The notes under the pieces were generated by a model. That model was given only the letters and a program-made list of their open reading frames with translations. It made no database searches and had not been told where the DNA came from. Of a stretch of DNA of 64,000 nt, positions 37,997 to 51,900 are shown piece after piece. Made by a program: the position numbers and the translations under genes. Within the stretch, counting starts at the first letter, position 1. The number at the start of each line of letters is the position of its first letter. This DNA is from Octopus sinensis (taxonomy: Eukaryota). Where the stretch lies: contig NC_042998.1 in NCBI RefSeq assembly GCF_006345805.1, positions 1,736,001 to 1,800,000 of the forward strand, written 5' to 3'.

Positions 37997-40723
37997 CACA
38001 CACATACAGACAGACAGTAGATTATGTGAAATGTAACGAGCAAGGCTGATACCACCAGCTCTCCCCCTCTCTCTTTCTCTCTCTCTCTCTTTCACACACA
38101 CACACTCTGTGGTGTGTGTGTGTGTTACATACGAGCAGTGTCAATGTGTCAGTTTTTCCACCCGCTTATTAATCACCCTCATTGAAAAAGGTGACAGAAA
38201 GCTCGAAGAGTAATAAAATTCTATAAAGAAAACCATTCGAAAGCTGAATAACTTTAATGTTGATAGATTACAACGAACAACAGTTACTATGGCTGTTACT
38301 ATGGCACAGATTATTCTAGAAATAAATGTCATAAATCTTGAAAGAAGAAAAGAGAAAACACAAGTTTGATGGGTTTGTTTTTACGCACACCGAATAGAAA
38401 ATATAATCTTTCATTGTCAAAGTTGTTGTCTGTGTTGTTTAGCCCTCGGCCAGTCCTGATCGAATAGCGCTATGATGATCAAAGACGTTTCAGTCGTGAC
38501 CGTCACCTATGTTTTCCTTTGTGCATGCAACCCAACACCGAATTCCATTGTTAAAGTGTCAAATATCTTAAAACCTCTCTCGACTCCTCTCCTTTCGTGC
38601 CAGCCATGTTGCAGTCATTTCAGCTAAACTACATCCAGGCATACATGCTATAATACTAATAATACATAAGCTAGCCTCTCTTCTTTAAAAAAAAAAAAAA
38701 GCAGATTATATTCTTGTCCAGCAGTTCTGGTTGTTTCATTAAAATTTCCTGATGGCCAAATTGTCACTGCTAACTTGCTTTCTCTCATGCAATTCTTCTA
38801 TTGCGTATCCTAGAAATTGGTTGCTGCTGTTGTTAACTATGCAATGTACAACCGCCTTTCTACCCCATGGGTGGAGCCTCCTTAATACATTTATATATGG
38901 TATGATGGTTCACTTAAATAGGTTTGCACTCGTATCTTGTATACTTGTATGTTTACGTATGTCTCCTGCAACTACACCTATCCTTCCTCGCCTCTAGTAT
39001 AATAAATAATTGAGGCAGATTTCACCAGAAATGTCTGGATATCCGTAGCTGTTCACTTCATTGTATTCGCAATTAAATTAATATTTTGTTGCAACAAAAC
39101 ATAAACAGACAAATGCATTTCTCTCTCTCTCTCTCTCCTTCTTTCTTTCTATCGCATTTGTGTTTAATTTTCATAAACACAATTGATTTTCCAGTCAGTA
39201 TTCACCATAAACAAGTCCACATTAATGTTTGTTTATCTCAAATGCGTTTCCTTCTTCTTCTCCAGTCCTTGTCTGCCCCATTTTCTGTAGACATATTGAT
39301 TCCTAACTTTGGCACAAGACCACGCCTTTTTATGAGCGTATTTCTAAGAGTACATCTGACTTTTTGTTTTAATTGTCGAAATAGCCTCAACATTCAACTT
39401 GATAATAATTATTACAATCTACGTATATTTTTATACAAACTGACCACATATTTAAACAGTAAAAAAAACCTAAATGTGTTACCTTCTTTTATCTTCCATA
39501 AAATAATGGAATTTCTGTCCAAGATTTAAATTTCGATTTCAACACTTTAAATCTCTAATAGACTCATTCGGGCAGGTTGGTGTTGCACCAATCCGAAAAT
39601 TAGGGAGTCAACAAGCTGAAAATACTCCTAGATGAAACCTGCTCTCCTCGGTTAAGACAACAGGCGAGGAATTATAGAACTGCAGCAAACAGAAGTAAAC
39701 AAGAAGACGACAACAAACCGACACCCCCAGAACTCGTCTGGAGGACTTCTTTGCCTTATTGAACCTGGAAAGATGAACAGCAGAGCCAGTCTTTCCCGGG
39801 TTTTGAAATCGCCACGTAAAGAACCGTCTAGAAACTGCAAATCATATTTTGTCCGACATTCTAGAGTTTAATATATAAAAATATGGACCATTACAAATGC
39901 GTGTGTATAGATATGTGTGTGTATGTATACACACAGACACACAGACACACAGGTACGTTTACAAACAGGAGACAGATTGTAAATACGTAAAATGTAAAAT
40001 AGCCTATAATTATTGAGGTGTGTAGAGAGAGAGAAAAGCCTACATTTCCATGTGTTTACTTTCTACAGCGAAATCGTTACAAACTGATTACCACAACAAA
40101 TTTACCTGTTTACACACACACACACACACACACACTCACACACATTTATAACTCGCCTGTATTATTTTAGGATTTGTTGACTAATTCTTTTCTTCTTTTG
40201 TTGTTTTATTAATAAACCTAATCTAATCTTTGTTATTACGTTTTCCTGTTGTTTATGAGGCTATCTCTCAGTAAACAACATATTTCTTGTCTCAGCCAAA
40301 AGGTGTATTATTTGTTGAGCCCCGAAGCGCTGCAACAATTGCCCTACTTGAAAAACTACTGTTGTTATTATCGCCTGTACTAGCATCGATTAGTGTTGTT
40401 GTGGTTTTACTTCCTCCCCTTGTTTTTATTTTTTACATAAGTCTCCATATTTTAACGCATCCCTTTTAGTTTGGACAGTAAAATGTGTTTAGAGAGAATT
40501 TTAACTGCTATTTCTAGCAACGTCGAACTTATCTTCCTCTATGGTTCATATAACATCAGCTTTAACTGGGTTCCACTGGATTAGTTTCGACTTATATATT
40601 TGTACACAAATACATACACTGACATATGTTTGTATGAGTATAAAAGAAATTAGGCACATTTTAAAATTGCAATTCTAAATTTATCTAAATCCACCTAATT
40701 AGGGTTTCTTCAGTTCCTACGTA

Positions 40724-40760
<37 letters not shown>

Positions 40761-41093
40761 AATTCTTTAAAGAAAAGAATATATTTATATTTTATTTATA
40801 TTAAACTACCTGATTGTTCTGGAAATATGTGCAGCAAACAAGGCAATGAAGGAACCTCTCCGCATTTGGTCGACCAACTAGAAATAGCAGTCAAATCACA
40901 CCCTACCTTCTGAGAATCCCCCCTTTTTTTTTTCTTAAGATACATTAAATATATATATATATATATATAAAACAGACTGGTTAAAACTAGATCGGCTTTG
41001 ATAGAATTTCTGTACATCAACAACAACAACATGATTTAGTATGTTGCCGTGCCCTGCATGGGTGGTAGACTTACTGCATCGTGCAGTTGAACA

Positions 41094-41241
41094 GAGGCAT
41101 GTGCAGCCTTCCTCGAGAAGCAGGCTGCATGAGACGTGGGGGTCATCATTAGGCGGGCTGTACTACTAAAAAAATTCAAGGTAGTTTTTCGTTGGCTGTG
41201 CCATTAAGAGAGTTCCGCGGGCCGCAGTTTACCCATGTCTG
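41094..41241 (+). mobile_element. ~148-bp hAT-like MITE, same family as 48974-49118
   Basis: Collinear interior (cttc.tcgagaag.ag..catgagac..ggcgg.ctg..ctactaaaa); end ccgcgggccgcagtttacccatgtctg. Confidence 0.65.
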
Positions 41242-41869
41242 ATATAACACCATCCACCTGGCCTTTGACAGCCTTTAACGGAATCCACTCTATTGCAAAA
41301 GAGTTCGGGTTAGGTCTTCTTCCATTTGAGGATGCCTAACCATCCACCCACCCCCCGACTAAAAGGTAAATTAATTCTTTAAAATATCCACCCTGAGGCA
41401 GGAGTCTACGAAAACCTCGAGAAAGAAATGCTTAGCGAACAGCCTGGCCGAAAAAAAGTAGCAATCAATATGTGTTTGTATAAATATATACATATCATAT
41501 ATATTATATTATATATATTATATTATATTATATTATATATATTATATTATATTATATTATATATATTATATTATATATATATATTATATTATATTATATA
41601 TATTATATTATATATATATATGTGTGTGCCTCGAACTGCTTCCTGCTTCTGTCTTCAGTTTGTATGCAGATTGCGAGTAACATATTTCTATTCCACTCTT
41701 CTCTCACTCCAAGTCTGTCCCATTCTGCCTCCCGACACGCAACACGCCTCAATGTTTTTGTTTACATCTTGGTTCTATAGAAATTGATTGATATCTCTGC
41801 TGGCTTTTTTAGCTATATATTTTTCAGATTTTTTTTGGGGGGGGGTTGCGTTTTAACTCTTCCTTGACA

Positions 41870-41978
41870 TGTATTACATACATACATACATACATACATA
41901 CACACACACATACATACATACATACATACATACACATACATACATACATACACACACCACACACATACATACATACAT

Positions 41979-42009
<31 letters not shown>

Positions 42010-42038
42010 TACATACATACATACATACATACATACAT

Positions 42039-42071
<33 letters not shown>

Positions 42072-42150
42072 TACATACATACATACATACATACATACAT
42101 ACATCATACATACATACAACACACACACACATACACACACACACATACAT

Positions 42151-42190
<40 letters not shown>

Positions 42191-42763
42191 ACATACATAC
42201 ATACATACATACATACATACATACATACATACATACATACATACATACATACACACACACATACATACATACATACATACACACACACATACATACATAC
42301 ATACATACATACATACATACATACATACATCATACATACATACATACATACATGCATACATACATACATACATACATACATCATACATACATACATACAT
42401 ACATGCATGCATACATACATCATACATACATACATACATACATACATACATACATACATACATACATCATACATACATACATACATACATACATACATAC
42501 ATACATCATACATACATACATATACATACATACATACATACATACACACACACATACATACATACACACACACACACACATACATACATACATACATACA
42601 TACATACATACATCACACACACACACATACATACATACATACATACATACATACATACATACATACATACACACACACATACATACATACATACATACAT
42701 ACATACATACATCATACATACATACACACACACACACATACACACACACACACATACATACAT

Positions 42764-42803
<40 letters not shown>

Positions 42804-43200
42804 ACATACATACATACATACATACATACATACATACATACATACATACATACATACATACATACATACATACATACACACACCATACATACATACACAC
42901 CACACATACATACATACATACATACATACATACATACATACATACATCATACATACATACATACATACATGCATACATACATACATACATACATACATCA
43001 TACATACATACATACATACACATGCATGCATACATACATCATACATACATACATACATACATACACATACATACATACATACATCATACATACATACATA
43101 CATACTACATACATACATACATCTACATACATACATACATACATACCACATACATACATACACATACATACATACATACATACATACATACATACACACA

Positions 43201-43231
<31 letters not shown>

Positions 43232-44405
43232 CATACACACACACATACATACATACATACATACATACATACATACATACACATACATACATACATACAT
43301 ACATACATACACACATACATACACCATACATACATACACACATACACACATACATACATACATACATACACACATACATACATACATCATACATACATAC
43401 ATACATACATACATACAACACTACATACATACATACATACATACATACACACATACATACATACATACATACATACACACATACATACATACATACACAC
43501 ATACATACATACATACATACACACATACATACATACATACATACATACACACATACATACATACATACACACATACATACACACATACACACATACATAC
43601 ATACATACATACATACATACATACATACACACACACATACACACACACATACATACATACATACATACATACATACATACACACATACATACATGCATAC
43701 ATACATACATACATACACACATACATACATACATACATACATACATACATACACACATACATACATACATACATACATACATACATACACACATACATAC
43801 ATACATCCATACATAACATACATACACACATACATATACATCCATACATAACATACATACACACATATACATACATCCATACATAACATACATACACACA
43901 TATACATACATCCATACATAACATACATACACACATACATACATACCACATACACACATACATACATACATACATACATACATAACATACATACATACAT
44001 ACATACATGCATACATACATACATACATACATACATACATACATACATACATACATACATACATACATACATACATACATAATGCATACATACATGCATA
44101 CATACACACATACATTACACACATACATACATACATACATACATACACACATACATACATACATACATACATACATACATACATACATACATACACACAT
44201 ACACACATACATACATACATACATACATGCATACATACATACATACATACATGCATACATACATGCATACATACACACATACATACACACATACATACAT
44301 ACATACATACATACACACATACATACATACATACATACATACATACATACATACATACATACATACATACATGCATACACACACACATACATACATGCAT
44401 ACATA
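41870..44405. repeat. 2.5-kb compound (CATA)n/(CA)n microsatellite array
   Basis: Directly visible; source of all HTYI/MYVC ORFs. Confidence 0.98.
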
Positions 44406-44798
44406 CGTGTGTGTGTGTGTGCGCCCGCGCGCATAGCGTACGTGACAGAAATCTCGTGGCTTTGCTTTTGTTGTCATCCAGCAGAACATTCTGTTGTTGC
44501 TACAAACCACCACCACCGCTGCTACTACTACTATTACCACTTCTGCTGCTGCTACCACTACTACTACTACTACTACTATGTGATGTTATTGGCTTTAATT
44601 TTGTATAAACCAAGCCTTTAATCAAAGAAAGTAGTAAGCAGGACTTTATCACCCAGATGTGATGTACATTATCAAACGTGTCCTTCCGGCTTGAAGACTG
44701 GAGTGTATTATTTTATGGATTTCGGGGGAAATTTGGTTGCTATCTCTAGCAAATCAAACCACTACGTCGGCGCTCTCTCATTGGTCCGTTGTAAACCA

Positions 44799-44846
<48 letters not shown>

Positions 44847-45499
44847 TAATAATAATAAGAAGCTATTTCTTTATATTTTTTACGTTTTTGGGCCTAGCAG
44901 GACTTATTACTAATATTGCTGCTAAATTTTTGGTGTTGTTTAATCTCAAATCAGATCTTCATTGATGCATTCCCAGGTTCGTGAACAGGGGGTGCAAGGG
45001 TACCTTCTAATTCTTGTGTGTGTGTGTTCGGGGTGCAATGAAAACGCTTTGAACATCCTCCTGAAAAACTGTTTGCACCTCCTAAGGGGATTTCGTTCCT
45101 GCACCTATCATTCTAACCCCAACCATTCTGGCTATTTTAGTTTGTTTCTTCGTTTTTGTTTTTTTTAAAGAGTATCTTATAAATACTTTGCCGCCCTTGT
45201 TAAAAGACAAGGGAGTGAGGGATGAGACTGATTTTAGCTGTTATTTTTAGTAGGGGGCGAACTGTTGTTATTGGTTCGCAGCTTGGGTATTATTTTGTAT
45301 TCCTGCTCTCAAAATAGGCGCAGAATGGCTAAGGATAGTGTTAACGGGTATATTACGGGTAATATTTAGCATCAACTCACAGGTACACACACACACACAC
45401 ACACACACTTGTGTCGTTCGTGACATGAGTGTCTCTCTTATTAGTCATTCCATTCCAGGGCTGGTATGTCTGCTACTCTGATCAACGTCAACTCTCTCT

Positions 45500-45805
45500 C
45501 TCTCTCTCTCTCATACACACACACCACACACGCTTTCATTCTCCCTTCTCTTCCTTTCACTTTGTTTCTCTCTTTGTTTCTCTCTTTCTCCTTTCCTCTT
45601 CCCGCTATCTTTTCCCCCTCCCTTTCTGTCTCTTTTTCTTCCTTCTCCCCCATCTCTCACACACACTTTCTCTCTCCCCTCGCTTTTCCTCTCTTACTCT
45701 CTCTCTCTCTCATCTTTCTTCTTCCCTTTCTCTTTTCCCTTACCCCCTCTTTTTCTCTGTCTCTTTTTCCCTTCTGCCTCTCTCTCTCTCTCTCTCCTCC
45801 TCCTA
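45500..45805. repeat. ~300-bp pyrimidine-rich (CT) low-complexity tract
   Basis: Directly visible. Confidence 0.9.
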
Positions 45806-46095
45806 CTTGACAGATTTGTTTTCAGACATTTGGCTTCTTTCAAAACCTCGTGGAAATGCTGTTCGTTCTAAACCATTATCGCTCCACTGGCTTCAATCAT
45901 TGGACTAAGACCATGCTGGAGCATCCCCTTCAGTGATCTGGTCTGTTGATAGGCGATTCGATTTAATCGAACTCCGATACTTGTAAACCAGTCTATAATT
46001 TAATCGAACCCAGAGGCTTGAAAGGCAGAGTCAGTCTCAGCAGGATTCGAGCTCAGATTGTCAAAGATCACATCAGCTCTATATTCCTACAACAC

Positions 46096-46267
46096 CAGGA
46101 CCGTCTTATGGCATGAGCACACTGGTCAGTTGCCTGTGGGCCTTATTGGTTTAGGGTCCCAGTTCTAATCTATATACGCTGTGGTTTGCTATCAATAAAT
46201 AAATACTATAAGGCCCTAATGCATTGATTTACCCAAGGGGTTTATAATGTTGCTCAGACAACCCCCT
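46096..46267 (+). mobile_element. ~170-bp MITE with CAGG.CCGTCTT-type ends
   Basis: Homologous in reverse orientation to 63134-63299 (shared aaatcaatgca..gcaaaccacagc.tatatagattagaa). Confidence 0.6.
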
Positions 46268-46984
46268 ACGACGCAATCGTGTCTAGTCATTTGTTATTCT
46301 TGGTTAGCAGCAGGTCACTAGTGATCGAGTGGAGAATCTATGTTCATAGACGTTCGAGCCGTGACCATCCAGTCTTTTTTCAAACATATTGTATCTAGGA
46401 CTACATTATCTTGTATACGCTGTTTTGTTTTTGTATTTTAATATTATAGGGTGATACCCTTGCCCGAAACAGAAATTTGAAATAAATTACTAACAAAATT
46501 TTAAGCCAATATAGAAAACTCAAGTTTAAACCAAAACAGGCCAGAAACCGTAATTTTATTACAAGTTGTTTATGAATTTGTCATGTTGAGAATTATTTAT
46601 CTTATAACGAATAAAAGATACGAAAAATACATATTCACAACATTCTCCCTTTCAGGGGATTTGCCTTGGAGGTTATGAGCCCACAAGAGAGTGCCTTATG
46701 TTTAGGGCATCGTGTATTTTCCCAGAAATAAAATATTTCAACTAGGTGCAATACTTAATCTTCAGTATATTTTCAGAAGAAAAAAAATCTTTGTCTGGAT
46801 TAGAATATAAATAGCAGATCAGTGAGCAGAAGAAAGATGATTGGTGGTGCCCCGAAGTCCAATGCGATTCCAATGTGTCACTCCTCTCCTTCTATAGTAA
46901 TTTCAAAAACAAAAAAAAAAGATCAGCATAAATGTTCTCTACCAAAGATGCTGGAGGAGCATTCTGAGAATGTACTGCCAAGAC

Positions 46985-47205
46985 CATACCTATTTCTTTA
47001 CTACCCACAAGGGGCTAAACACAGAGGGGACAAACGGATTAAGTCGATTATATCGACTCCAGTGCGTAACTGGTACTTATTTAATCGACCCCGAAAGGAT
47101 GAAAAGCAAAGTCGACCTCGGCGGAATTTGAACTCAGAACGTAGCGGCAGACGAAATGCCGCTAAGCATTTCGCCCGGCGTGCTAACGTTTCTGCCAGCT
47201 CGCAG
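46985..47205 (-). mobile_element. SINE family A monomer
   Basis: Near-consensus reverse complement of family A. Confidence 0.85.
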
Positions 47206-47275
47206 CCTTGAAGACTGAACCCAGAACCATGTGGTTGGTAAGCAAGCTACTGACCACACATCCACTCCTGCGCCT

Positions 47276-47368
47276 ATATGCTAACACAATACCACTTATC
47301 GAAATCATCACAGAACGAAGATTAGAACTGGCAGGCCACATACTTCGACTACGCCATTGTTCAAAAAC
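47276..47368 (+). mobile_element. Short RTE-like RT C-terminal fragment
   Basis: IPLIEIITERRLELAGHILR resembles RTE I...RRL..AGH..R. Confidence 0.4.
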
Positions 47369-47379
47369 AGCTTTTAAAC

Positions 47380-47997
47380 CAGTGGTCCTCAATCACGGTC
47401 CATATAAGATTTTGTTGTTAAAATTTATTTTCAATCAATTGGTTATATTTATACAATACACAAAACATTTTAACATTTTTTTTATGCAATTCTTAATAGT
47501 ATTTAATTATAGAAATATAAACAGGCGCAGGAGTAGCTGTGTGGTAAGTAACTTGCTTACCAACCACATGGTTCCGGTTCAGTCCCACTACGTGGCACCT
47601 TGGGCAAATGTCTTCTGCTACAGCCTCGAGCCGACCAAAGCCTTGTGAGTGGATTTGGTAGACGGAAACTGAAAGAAGCCCGTCGTATGTATATATATAT
47701 ATATATATATGTATGTTTGAGTGTCTGTTTGTCCCCACCCCCACCCCAACAGCGCTTGATAACCGAGGCTGGTGTGTTTAAGTCCCCAAAATTTAGCGGT
47801 TCGGCAAAAGAGACCGATAGAATAAGTCCTGGGGTCGATTTGCTCGACTAAAGGTGGTGCTCCAGCATGGCCGCAGTCAAATGACTGAAACAAGTAGAAG
47901 AGTAGGACTTCTTAAACATCAAATGGCTTTGAGACTCCACCCTAGTTAAAAAGGAATCAAAGGGGTCCGTAGGCAAAGAAATGGTTGAGAACCACTG
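47380..47997. mobile_element. hAT-like MITE interrupted by a SINE
   Basis: TIRs cagtggtcctcaa / ttgagaaccactg; 8-bp flanks ttttaaac / ttttgaat. Confidence 0.7.
47521..47905 (+). mobile_element. SINE family B nested in a hAT-like MITE
   Basis: Near-consensus copy between the MITE TIRs at 47380 and 47997. Confidence 0.85.
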
Positions 47998-48973
47998 TTT
48001 TGAATGAAGGCCACTGAAGGGAGAAAGCGAGAGGGGTTAAGTTCATTCAAAAAGAGGCCCGCGCTGAACGAGATAATTATCAGAAATACAGGTAATTAGA
48101 TTCTATTAAACTTTTTTGAAATATAAAAAAAAATATGCAAAGAGCTCGTTTGTAAAACGTCTTCGATGAATAAGGGACACTGAACAACAAAAGTTTGAGA
48201 ACCACTGATATGATTAGTATTTTCCCTTCTGTCAGTTCATTGTGTTGGCCATTTAAGCTTTTTGTTCAAATCCCGCCGAGGTCAGCTTTACTTTTCATCC
48301 CCCAGAACCGACAAAAAACATGGATCTGTCCGGTACAGGAGTCGGTATTATATTCTTTGTGATGTATTCATAAACCTGGTACTGCATTTTCCGATACAGT
48401 CCCTTAAATGTGGCGTCGACCGGGGGTTCTCAAACTGCCCTTCCCTTTTATTATTGAGACGATAAAACAGGGCATGAATCCTTACATACTTGCTTTCTTC
48501 ATCATAGTATTGGACAACTTTAAGAAATTGGAAACCATCTTAATTTTATTAAACATACTAATTTGTCTACCTCACTTTCAAATCAGCTGTGAGAAACGTT
48601 AACGTAGAAGTGACCCTTAGTTCTGCAGTATCCCACCTTCCTCCTCTTCTCAGGCATGATGGTTGGTTCTGAAGCTAAGAAAGCCTCCAAATTTGTTGTC
48701 CACTTTGCATTAAACTCCACACTGCTCACACTAGGTAAAATTACCCCTGAAATTATTCTTTTATCGTACATAAATTTTAACGACAAACTTTTACACGGAA
48801 CCCCGAGGGCCATGTGGATCCCTGTTGAGAACCACTGCATTTGGGTAAACTGATAAAAAAAAATGTTTTTAAAAACTGTTTCGATTTCCCATCAACCTAC
48901 GATCATATACCAAGATGATTGTGTTTTCATGCGGATGTATTTGTTGTCCATTGTGCAACTGATAGCTTTAGAT

Positions 48974-49118
48974 CAGACATAGGCAACCTTCTTCGAGAAG
49001 TAGACCACATGAGACATGGTTCATAATCAGGCGGACTGCTCTACTAAAACATCAAAAGTAAGTTTTCGTTAGGCGTGTTATTCGGAAAGACCCGCGGGTC
49101 GAAGTTTGCCAATAACTG
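48974..49118 (+). mobile_element. ~145-bp hAT (Charlie-like) MITE
   Basis: cagacataggcaac..gtttgccaataactg; flanks ctttagat / ctctagag (nTCTAGAn-type target); homologous to 41094-41241. Confidence 0.65.
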
Positions 49119-49430
49119 CTCTAGAGAGTCGTGTGTGTGTGTGAGAGAGAGAAAGACGATTTGTTTAATTTTGTGTTGTCGGTGATGGAAGTGACTGAAT
49201 ACACGGCTCTATTTTATACCTAAGATGTTATGTAATTAATATGAATGTAGGTCATGTTGTACAGATGTATAAAAATGAAAGAACTTTATACCCGGCTCTA
49301 AACAATGAAATTAACAGAGCTTAGCCAAAGACAGTCTGTGGGTTTTTAAACGTTCTAGACGTACTTTATCCGACTTATTTTCTAAACATGTGAATGCAGC
49401 TATTGGGATGATTCATACCTAAATATTTAT

Positions 49431-49612
49431 CTTTTACTTGTTTCAGTCTTTGGACTGCGGCCATGCTGGGGTATCACCTTCAATGATTTAATCGAACAAA
49501 TCGCACCCAGTACTTATTTTTCTAAGTCTGGTACTTGTTCTGTCGGTCATTTTTGCCGAACACTAAGTCACTGATACGTAAACAAACCAACATCGGTTGT
49601 CAAGCGGTGGCT
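49431..49612 (-). mobile_element. Older family B 3' half
   Basis: ttacttgtttcagtc..tgcggccatgctgg..gttgtcaagcggtgg. Other old B fragments lie at ~2292-2470, ~45880-46070 and ~60750-61000. Confidence 0.7.
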
Positions 49613-49652
49613 TGGTGTGTGTGGGGGGGAGGAATACAAATACTAACTGATA

Positions 49653-49972
49653 CCTTTTGGTTAACTCACCCCCTTAAAAAATTGGGTTATCTCCCCCAAC
49701 TAAAAAAAATTGTTTAACCCTCAATAAAACAAAAAGAAATGAAAAATTTAAAAACATGAAAAGCGAAAAGATTAAACGTCTTATTGAATCTAATAACATT
49801 TTTATAACAAATCATTTCCTGCCTATTGAGGAGGCCAAAAGTCAACAATGTTTTGAAGTATTGAATCAAAAGGATCTAACCCTTTTAATTCAATCTCTTG
49901 TCGCCACATAAAATCGACTTTTTTAGTGAGGAGATAACCCAATTTTTTAATGGGGGTGAGGTAACCAAAAAG
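49653..49972. mobile_element. 320-bp MITE with ~50-bp terminal inverted repeats
   Basis: Left end cttttggttaactcacccccttaaaaaattgggttatctccccaactaaaaaa versus right-end reverse complement ttttggttacctcacccccattaaaaaattgggttatctcctcactaaaaaa. AT-rich non-coding interior. Superfamily unresolved. Confidence 0.85.
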
Positions 49973-49989
49973 TTACTCACACACACACA

Positions 49990-51900
49990 CACATACGGCG
50001 CGCTTCCACTGATCTCTAAAGGATGAAAAGTAAAGTGGAGCACTGAGAAATTTGAACTCAGATCGTAAAGAGCCAGAAGAAATACCACTAAGCACTTTGC
50101 CCGTCGGACACTAGAGGAAGGTTCAGGGAAGATGAAAGGAGATAAATAAAAAAAAAAAGGAGAGAGCCAGGAAAGAAATGCGTTAGGTTATACATACATA
50201 CGTACATAAGTATATATATAGAGAGAGAGGGGGGATGGAGAGAGAGAGAGCTTTTAAAACAACTTGTTGCAACTTGGTAAAATAACCGAACCAAACCAAA
50301 AGCCAACCTCAACAAAAATCTGAATTCGCAATGTCAAGCGGCGTGAAAGTAAATTTCGCACGATTCTGACAAGCTATAGTGACAACAATCCTTTCTAATA
50401 TATGACACAAGGCTTGAAACCTAGGGTCAACCCTTCGTAATAATAATGGTGTCTGATTTAGACACAAGGCTAGTAATTTTTGAGGAGAGTGGTTAATAGA
50501 TATCATTGACCCCTGTACTTTATGAGTAATTTATTTTTACGACCACGGAGGGATGAAAGGTTAAGTTGACTTCGATGAGATTTGAACTGTGAATGTAAGC
50601 AACCAGAATAAATACCGAAAGCTATTTCTTCCGACACTCTAAAGATTCTGTCAATCCACTGGCTGCGTGTAAGGCCAGCAATTTTGGGTGGAATTATTCG
50701 ATTAAATCGAACCCACTATTTTATTGGCACCAAAATTTATCAACTTTGGAAGGATAGAAAAGTCAACCCCGGCGGGGTTGGAACTCGGAATGTAAAGCGA
50801 CACAACTAAATATTGCCCTGTCTAACAATCTGTCGAGCTGCGCAAGGCCAGCATTTTTGAAAGGATTGAATACCACCAGCCCCTAGTACTTTATTTTACT
50901 GACTCAAAGGATAAAAACGCTGGATTTGAACTCCTGGTGTAAAAAGAGTCGGAATAAATAACACAAAGCGTTGTTGTTGTTTTTTTTTCAATCGTTCAAA
51001 CGAACGATTTTTATTTCTTTATTGCCCACAAGGGGCTAAAAATAGAGGGGGCAAACAAAGGTATTAAGTCGATTACATCGACTCCAGTGCGTAACTGGTA
51101 CTTAATTTATCGACCCCGTAAAGGATAAAAGGCAGAGTCGACCTCGGCAGAATTTGAACTCGGAACGTAGCGATGGGCGAAATACCGCTAAGCATTTCGT
51201 CCAGCGCGCTAACGATTCTGCCAGCTCGCCGCCCATTTCGCGACTACATTATTATGAACTCTTTATTACTGTCACAAGAGCGACAGATGAAAGAACATTA
51301 CAAGGACACGTTATAAAAACTGTTTTTATATAGGAAATGGAAGAAAAATGTGATAGTATACCCATATTAGAAAGATCCAAAAGTAGATTCATCACCTAGG
51401 GTCAATCAAGAGGCCCACGGATTTGATATTTTCTTGACTACTAAAGAATATGTACGCTTTGCCCAGCTGATTTCTCCAACCGTAAGGCGCATACTAAGCG
51501 CAGGCCCGCTCGCTAGCCATTCAGTTTCACCTTCCAGATACAAGGCTACAAATTGGACTGGGGATCTGATATAGTCAATTAAATCAACGCTGCTACGACT
51601 AGTAATTATTCTATCGACATCCTGGGAAGATGAAAAGCAAAGTCTGATTTCGACGGTGTTAGAACTTGAAACGTAAATGGATGTAAGTAAATAGCTTTGT
51701 GCGTTAAACGCGTTTTTCTGCCGATTCCAACAGCATTAGGGTTTGGAATTTTAGGGAAAACGTGTCGTAGATTTAATCGACATTAATGCTTAGTTGGAAT
51801 TTAATTTTATCGATCCTGGAATGATGAAACACAAAGTAGGCCTTTGAGAGCTTTGAATTCAGAATGGAGACATGTTAACTAATGGAGCTTAACTAATTAT
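49990..51900 (-). mobile_element. Cluster of co-oriented family A copies: one young (51012-51235), several old
   Basis: Recurrent gatgaaagg..gtcgac..atttgaactc..aatacc pattern near 50020, 50550, 50750, 50910, 51110, 51630 and 51820. Confidence 0.65.

Noticed and set aside
41813-44621. Long ORFs of up to 660 aa (HTYI/MYVC repeats)
   Set aside because: Stop-free translations of the (CATA/CA)n array; the same applies to the IYIY, CVCV and LSLS ORFs elsewhere.
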